Notes under the pieces: generated by a model
What the model was told of the DNA's origin: nothing
The model's input: only the letters and a program-made list of their open reading frames with translations
Database searches by the model: none
In this document: in pieces, positions 20,804 through 29,800 of the stretch
How the letters are laid out: every line of letters starts with the position of its first letter
Position numbering within the stretch: position 1 is the stretch's first letter
Translations under genes and position numbers: made by a program
From: Candidatus Omnitrophota bacterium
GTDB lineage: Bacteria; Omnitrophota; Gorgyraeia; 2-02-FULL-51-18; JAGOUK01
Direction: 5' to 3'
Length of the DNA stretch: 64,000 nucleotides
Assembly: GCA_047639455.1 (NCBI GenBank)
Contig: JBLINS010000003.1
Coordinates: 3 to 64,002, forward strand

Positions 20804-23800
20804 ATGATTAATAAGAACCCAATCATTAAAAGAACGACTCAGAAGAAGTTTCTTAGGGGCATGGCTCAAACACTAATACTGTGCCTATTTATTCAAGAGT
20901 TTGCTTATGCTGCTCCAGAACTTTTGAAAAAGGATATTGGGTCATGGGTCTCTGTAGCTAGCCAAAAGCAAAAAAGTTTAAAATGGGCCAAAAAAATCCT
21001 TCCAAAAATACCAGGATCTGTGGCGAGTATAGACGATGCCTGGAAGAGCAGCGTCAGCGTAAAAGAGCGCGACGACATGACATTAAAAAGCAAGATTGCC
21101 ACGTCGCTGCTTCGTGCTTCTCGCAATGACAGGGTTGTGATTCTTATTCAAGATGCTCACACGAATGCATCCGCGCAAACAAATGAATCTAAGTTATTCG
21201 ACATTTTATTCCAAAGTAATATTATTGATACGGTTTATACCGAAGCTGCTAAGGGTAATGTTAATCTCACTTTTTTAAGAGACAAAGCGTCTTTGTACAA
21301 AAGAAAACAAATCGCCAAAGCCTATCTTCAAAAAGGCATTTTGCATGGAATAGAATATTTGGATCTCACAAGTGAACACAATTTTAAAGTAGAGGGCGTG
21401 GAAGACCCATCGCTTTATTATGAATCCATCGATGTTTACCGTCATAGTCTCAAGAAAAGAGATAAGTACAAAGCCTATCTTGGCAAAATAGAATCCACGA
21501 TTAATGTCCTCAAGCCAAAACTCCTAAACCCATATCTTTTGGAATTTCTTGAGAGCTATACCCAAGTTCAAAAAGAAGAAATATCCTTTTCAAATTACAT
21601 CGACATATTATTTGCACAAGCCCAATTATTAAACCTCAATCTCAAAGACCAGCCCAATCTTCAAAAGCTAAAAAAATTAAAAGCCATGGAAGACAAAATT
21701 GATTTTGAGACGGTCTCACTTGAACAACAACAAGCGATTCAATCCCTAAGCCCCGAAGACCAAGAAGAATTAGGTGACTTGTCTCTATCCAAGCTCACTC
21801 TCAAAGACTCTCAAAGAGGATTCTTCGCACTTCTAACAGAAAAGCTAGCCAAGGTTGAGGGAGGGCTATCCAATTATCCCAATCTCGCTAAATACCTGCG
21901 TTACCTAGAGCAGTCCAAAGATTTAGGACTTGCCGACACATTGAATGAACAGAAATTATTAGAAGAAAAGATCTTCGAGACACTAAGCGCCAATGATGAC
22001 GAAGCCAAACTACTTCTCGCACTAAAGGTGCTTCAATTCTACAAAAAATTATTCTCCCTTTCTCTAACACCTGAAGAATATGAAGCCTTTAAAAATGAGA
22101 ACTTCGCCAACCTCAAAGTCCTCACGGGTTTCTTAAACCAAAAACTCATGACCTTAAAAAAGCATTACAATAAAGCCCTATTCCTCAAAGAAGACTTTAG
22201 CGACATGGCGACCCTTAGCAAAAGATTCTACGAACTCACCTACGCCCGAGACCAAAAGTTCCTAGAAAACATGAACATACTCACAGCAAGAGAAACAGGC
22301 GACCTAAAAAGTCCGTCCTTGCGAAGTGAGTGGGCGACGAATAAGGAGCCCATGCTACGAACGGGCCGAGTCAGTGAGGCCCTAAGTAGAAAGCGACGTG
22401 GCAATCTAAGCTCTCGCAACTCAAACATATCCGCCCTAATAACCGGAGGCTACCACACCCCCAATCTAAAGCACCTGCTCAAACAAAATAACATCTCCTA
22501 TATTTCCATCACCCCCCAAGTTACCCACGAAACCAATACTCAGCGTTATGAACAAATTCTATTAAACCAACCCATTAACAACCTAGTCTTACCAGCCATG
22601 AATACCGCCACCACAAAGCATGCAATGAACCCATACCTAGCACCTAATGCCGAAGTTCCCAGCGTATTTACAAACAGATTTTTATCTGAATTAGGAGTCG
22701 ATGGGCGGACAGTAAGTCAAGTGAGAATGGCTAAACCAAGTGAGTCGGTTTTTGGGGATTATGATTTTCCGAGCCCGTTGATTGGAGTTATGTCAGTTGG
22801 GTCGCGTCTTTATTTGGGTGCGACAAAGGATGGGGCGGAACAACATTTTGTAAAATTACCAGCGAACAAAAACTTTGCTGAGGTGATTGCTCGAGAAGCT
22901 CAATTGATTAGAGTGCTTAAATCAGATGAGCGAATAAGTCCATTAATACCTGATGTCATTCAAAGCGGAACTGCTACCGAAGATGATGTGGATTCTCTAA
23001 GTAATCTTTTTGAAGGGGAGCCATATATTATTCTTAAGAAGGCGGATGGAATTAGTGTGATTAATCATATTGAATCCATGCGTGATTCCGACAAGCCTGT
23101 AGAAGCGATTGAAGTCCTAGCCCAAATTGCTGAAGCTCTTGCTACTTTACACAACGTTACCGATCAATGGAAGGCGGTTTATCATAGAGATCTTAAGCCG
23201 TCCGACATATTTATTAATAAGAAGGGCTCAGCATGGTCTGTGCAATTCATTGATTGGGGGCTATCCACCATTGAAGGTCAGAAATTGGGTAAGACTATCC
23301 AAGATTTTTCTGAAAATGCATTATCGGATGTCGACATGGGAGATAGCGGACGCCGCCTAGATTATGCGGGTACAGATTCTTATTCTGGCAAAATTTTGGA
23401 TAAGCCTTTATTACGTGACTTGCGGGCATTTGTTGCAATTGTCAGAGATTATGCCTATATTCTTGGCGACAACAAGGCTGGATACTTATTAGACGATTTA
23501 TTAAAGCGGAGAGCATCTTACCCCACAGCTCAGAGTTATGCGAATGTCTTGCAACAATTTCTAATAGAAAATAAAGATTCCACCACTTCCACAAGCTCCA
23601 TGGCAAGTAAACCCGATTCACCAATAGATGATACCCAAGCATCAAATTTGGACAGCAATGCGGTGAGAATGGCGGATTCCGAGCCAGTTTATATTAATTT
23701 AGCGTGGGCTTGGTCAATGGTAAAAACTTTTTTAAATAAATATAAACCTGATTATGCGAGTAGGTTAGATGCACCAAGGTCAATTCCGTTTGATATTGAT

Positions 23801-26800
23801 TTAATTTTATCTCCTGAGTCTAGACAGCTGATTCCGCCTTCCAATATGGATGAAGAGATTTTAGTCATACTTATAAAGGATGTTTTATCAAATGCTTTTG
23901 TTGAGCCAGACGATGGTCGTGTAAGAGTGAGTTTTGAGCAGAATGAGGACAAAACGCTGGTGACCTTGAAGATTGAGAATCAAAACCCAATTGATTATGA
24001 CCAACTCATGTCACGCGCAAAAGAAGCATTGGATAATAAGCAGCTTTATATAAATGATTTAAGTCCTCATAGATTAGAGGTGATTCTACCGACCGACCGC
24101 TCGGAATACAGTGCTGAAGAATGGCAGAATTTGCAATTAGTTGATAGCGAGGAGAAATTTCTAAAGGTACTTGGGGAACTCGGAGGAAAAGAACGCCTGC
24201 CGTTTATCATTGGTTTGAGCAGAGGTAAAGAAATGGATCCAGTTTTGGGTGGAGGTAAAGGTGTTGGTTTGGCAATGATTCACGATGTAACATCAGTACT
24301 TGGAAGTGTCTTTAATCTTGAATCCAATGCTGATATCGGAACGCGTGTTTCAATCAGCTTTGCAACAAGACCTCCGAGTAGCGCGAGGATGGTGCGGCGT
24401 ACTGCTGCAGTAACTCGAATTGAGAAGTCTAAAGAGATTTTGGAGAAGGTTGAGCGAACACACACGCAGACTGGTTTGGTGAGGTGGGTTAAGAAATTGG
24501 AGCAATTACAGGGTTCGGGGATAGAGCGGGGTGTGAAAGATGTCTTTAAGTATGGCAAGGGTGATGAGGGAGCTAAATTAGAATCAGCTAAGCGATTAGT
24601 TAGGTTGTTTCATGTGACTTGGAGAGCGGATGGTAGTCCTGAGGGGGTATTGCCTGAAGTTAACGCTAGGGGTGATGGGCGAGTTAGAAATGCACTTTTG
24701 AGGAAGTATTCGGCTGAACGTATTGAAAAGGGAATCAAAAATGTTCGAGAAGAACTTTTGGAGCCGAGTGGTGAGAGAGAAGCGCCAGTTGTTAATCTTT
24801 CTAAAAAAATAAAAGTGCTTAAAGATTTTAAAAAAGACAGTGGTATTGATATTGATTTGATCGCATCTATTGAGTATAAGACCCACACAGGCCGCCCCAC
24901 CTTAACCGGATCTTTTAAACGTCGCCAATTCATTAATTTCTTTCTCGAAAATATTGAGAAATTTCAACTCAAGAACCCTAAGCGCATCAAGCAAGTATTT
25001 ATTAATTCCTCAGGTAATGCTATTCAAGGGCTTTTGTTCACAGTTAAAGTGCTTAAAGAGACTGGGTTACTTCCAAAAGACTTCACGGTTGTGATGGTTG
25101 CGCATGATAATCTTGATCCCACCAAGAAAAAGAAAATAGAAAAAAAATACCCTGGTGATTTTGAAGAAATCTTATTCATTGGTGACTTCATTGAACAAGC
25201 CAAAGAACTTGGTGATGTATTGCCGGCGGATAAGACAGATAAGGAGCTTCACAAAGAACTCGAGGATATTAATGCACTTCTTCGTTATATAGACCTTTAT
25301 GTGGCTAGTTATAATAAAAAGAATCCTAAAGCACCTATAGCACATGTATTACCTTCCAATGGAGAGAGCATGGCTTTGGGAGGTGCAAGTATAGCTAGAA
25401 ACCTGCGCGATGGAGCTAAGAAATTAGGCTTAGGTGAAATAGACACTATTATCGAACCATTAGGCGGCGGTGGACCTATAGCCGGTGCTGGCATTGAGGC
25501 TTATTGGTATAAAGAAGAACATGACCACGATACTAAGGTGGTTGGTGTCACATCCAATATCACCGTTTCAGCCCTAGCAGATGGTATGGCCATTCAAGCA
25601 CCTCAATCCGAAGCTATGGCCGCACAAAGAGCATTAGGTTCAGAGGCTGTTGCTTTTGAGCGTGTACCTGAAAAATTCTTCTACAAAGCATGGGTAGATT
25701 TGCAAGATGCGGGTTATGATGCCGAGCCCACTTCAGCAGCATCATTAGCCTATATTTATTGGATTATGTCCGACCCATCCAAATGGCATCTCCTGAAGCA
25801 TGAGGATCCCAAGAAGAAAAAAGTCATCGCCTTTATGCTCAGCGGCTCCAATTATTCCAAATCAACCTTAAAACACGCCAGAAAAATTTATAAAACAGAA
25901 AATATGAGTGGCTATGCCTATATTAAGGCGCAAGCACCAGAGAAGCAAAAAACTAAAGGTGTGAGGATGACCATACCTGCAGATGCAGAGATCTTGAAGG
26001 TGTTTAGCGATAGCCGAGCAGAAGTATTGGATAGATTAGTTAATGATGAGGTTGAAGGTTTGATTTTGGATATCGAAGGCAATCAATACTTGGTTGACAG
26101 CTCTCTTGGGAGAGAGAATTTTGCGGCATGGGTTATTGTAGATGGTGCTGTGCAAGAACAAAAAGTAGTTTTGAAATTCACCAAAACTCCAGGAGAAGCT
26201 GTGAGCACCAAAGCATATCACGAGTTCAGACAACAACTTCCTCCAGATCAGGTAAACGAATCTTTGGATATATTTGTGGATGTTTTGGATATATTTGTGG
26301 ATGTTTTGGATGTATATGATGAGGGTATTGATATTGTTGTCATGGAATACATTGAAGGCACAATGCTTAATGAAATAGATGATACTCAAAAACAATTGGA
26401 GCATTTGTCCTCTGCGTGGAAGGTCTTGCATGTGAATCACCAAGAGTATGGACTGTTTCACGGTGAACCCGTTGCCAAAAATATTATTGTGACCCCAAGT
26501 GGTGATGAACGTCTAATCGATCTTGATGACATTATTGTTTTAGGAGCTCAGCCTGATATTGAGAAATTTGACATATCAAACAAGTATGCGGATATTTATT
26601 ATGCTGGACAAGCTATTTTGGAATTATTTGAAATTCACTTACTAGGCGATGAGTCAGCTTTAAAGGATGCAGTAACCGAAGTGAATAAGCCATTTGACCC
26701 CGATGTAGCTAAATTTGACGTCACTGTTGATGTCGCTAGGTCAAAAGCGCCACAGGGAATCATTGATATTGTCCAGAGAACCTTGCCTGTTAAAGGCAAT

Positions 26801-29800
26801 AATGCCTACAGATCAATAAAACAAATCTACACAGACCTCGACGCTTTAATAATGACCCCAAATTGGGATAAGGACCCTAATGTGGCAACAACTTTTTCAT
26901 TAGGAGCCAAAGTTGTTCACGAGGACCAAGCTTGGAGGGAAGGTGCTGTCGACGCCATTGAAGGCGCAACTGTTTGGGTGGATTTTGGCAATGAACGAAA
27001 TGGTTATGGCAATAATGGCGCTGGCCTTTCACATGTAGATGTAAGTGAATCATTACCGGGAAGCACTACACGGATGGCTGTTCAAAAACCGATTGTTGAT
27101 ATGAGGCCAGATGCTGATAGGGTGAAAGCGCTTATTGAGGCTCAAGGAACGCCGCTATTACAAAGGCTTATGGCCTTTCTTATGCGGCATATGACCTATA
27201 TCACGCAGGCTGTTTTTGAGGAAAAGCTAGAGCTGTCTGTAGAACAATTTAATAATAATAATGAACGTGAGTTTGCTGTTGCCATTATTGATAATGTGTC
27301 GCCAGATGATACTAGTGGAGTTATGAAGAGTAATGGTTGGACATATCAAATAGCTAGAGGTATGGGGTTGAGGGCTCCAAAAGAAGAGATTTCGGCTACT
27401 AAAGCGTCTTTGCATACACACACAACTGATTGGTTAAAAAAGCCTGAAAATAGAGCTGTGAACGACGTGCTTTTTATTGACGATGCAGCCTACTCTGGGA
27501 GACAAATTGAGGATTGGCTGGATAAAGTAGCCTTTGCATTATCAACTGAGGAGGAATTCGTACAAAGGACTATTACAATTCATTTAGCCATCCCTTTTAT
27601 GACAAATAATGCCAAGGATAAGTTAGAAAATTTAGCGCAAAAGTTTAATGACCACGTGCAAAGGCAAGTATTAGAAATTCAGTTCTATGATCAAGTTATT
27701 ATGAAAAATCTGGACGAAATCCTTTTAGCAGCCGAGGAGGATGTAAGGGAAGAGTTTGGTAGGATTTTTAGCTCTGATTTTAAAAAGCCACTAACGTATT
27801 TTGAGCATATAAGACCCGATTATTATTCAACCCCATATCCAATCTCTAAGGGGCAATTTAGTTTGATGGAGGGCTTGGTATTTGATGCAGCTGGTGAAGT
27901 GACGCATACAATTCCAATTATGCCACCCATCTCCAAAAAACCGTATGACAGAGATTATTTAACCTGGATTCAAAAAAATATTTTAGGTGGAGAATGGGAT
28001 TCAAGAGTCGATAAAGCCTCAGAGATCGCGCTTAAGTTTGATGATGCTCTTTCAGAGGCTGAACAATTTGAGGAGCGAAAGGCAGGGGTTCGAGATCAAA
28101 TTATCCAAAGAGCTTTAGCTTTATTGGAGGACGAGTCTTTGGATCCTGGATTAAAAGACAATCAATTTAAAGGTGAGGCTGAAAATGCGGTGACACCTGC
28201 TTCGGTGGTTAGGCGGAGTTTGGGAGAAGCTTATCAAAATGCCACTTATAGATCTGTTAAGGGATCTCAAGATGAAGTGCGTGTTTCGGCCTCAATCCTA
28301 GATGATGTGGTCGAAATTAAGGTTTCTAATCCAGGCGTATTGAGAACTAAGGGTGGATCGGAAAATAATGAGGAGCCGAATGATCAGGCTAGGTTCCAGC
28401 AATTGATTAATTTTGGAAGTTTGATAACTTTTGATGCGGCTACAGCTTTTATGGCTCGGCTCATTTCCGATGATGCCAATCAGAGTCAACTTGGCATGTC
28501 CATATTAGCGCATATGATGACCATTCTTTATCCTGCAGATCTATATCCCGATGCATCCTATAGACCCAATCAACTCATAAGACTTGAACCAAGTGGAGAT
28601 CGAACAGAGTTCATCCTCAAATTACCCTTACAACCACTCCGTGACAGACAAGCCAGAATTCTCGACTCTGAAGAACATGCGCGAATGTCAGAGAATGAGG
28701 CCTTGGATGAATTGCTGCCCGCAGCACAAAAGACAAAGCTTAAATCCGAATTAGATCCCAATTCAGACTTACCAGGTGATGACAACTTACCTGGATTAAG
28801 AATGTCTGCCCTCGCTCCAAAAGACATGTCTGTGGAAAAATTTAAGGAATTATTTGCACCAGTTGATACGAGTCGAACATTCACGACTTTATATAACGGC
28901 ATTGGTAGTTTTGATGCAGAGACTGTTTTGACACCTGATGGGGATAAGGATGCTTATTTAGAGTTTGAGCTTAAGGATTCAGGTAAGAAGTTTTTTGGTC
29001 AGCTTTTGGCGAGTGAGATGTTACAAAATGACGTTGATGGACTTATCACGGATACTTTGAGGGATTCACCTGAAAGAATTATGGAGGGTAGAGCCAAAAT
29101 TCTAGCGCATAAACAAGGTGATTATTATTATCCTTATGGCATACTTTTTTTCATGAAAGGTAGCCCACCGACATTGTTAACAACTGTGGATTTTTTCACA
29201 CCGTCAAAAATGGCAAGTGATCGTTATGAGGTAATGCATACAGCCGCTAAGAGTTGGGTAGATACGCATATCGCCCGAAATAACTATATCAAATTAGATG
29301 GCAACAAACTTTATGGGACTTTTGATTTTTCTCGCAGAGTTCAAGTTTTGGACAAAGCTAAAGTGAAAGTTCAAATGATTGAGGGTCACAGGATAGAGTC
29401 GAATATGCCCTGGCGCGATTATCTTGATAAAGAGATATCTGAAGACGATAGAAATTCCTCTCAGCATTTAACTTTATTAGCCCTTACGCGGACTATGCCC
29501 GGAGGTAATTCATTTCCTGTGATGATGGCGCCCGATGACGACTTCAGTGTTGATTGGCAAGAGTTGGTGGGTGAGTATTTAGAACGTAATTCTATTGCTG
29601 GGCAAGAGGTGTCTTTGGCCGGAAGCGGGAGTGGCGTTGATGTTGTTCAATTATTTAAAGCGGGAGCCAAGACTGTGCACGCGACGGATTTATTTGATGC
29701 GAATGTATTAATGACCGAAGTGAATGTTCAATTCGCTAAAGATCTTGGCTGGATAGACAAATCAGCAACTCTTTATGCGACAAAGCAAAATGGAATAGCC

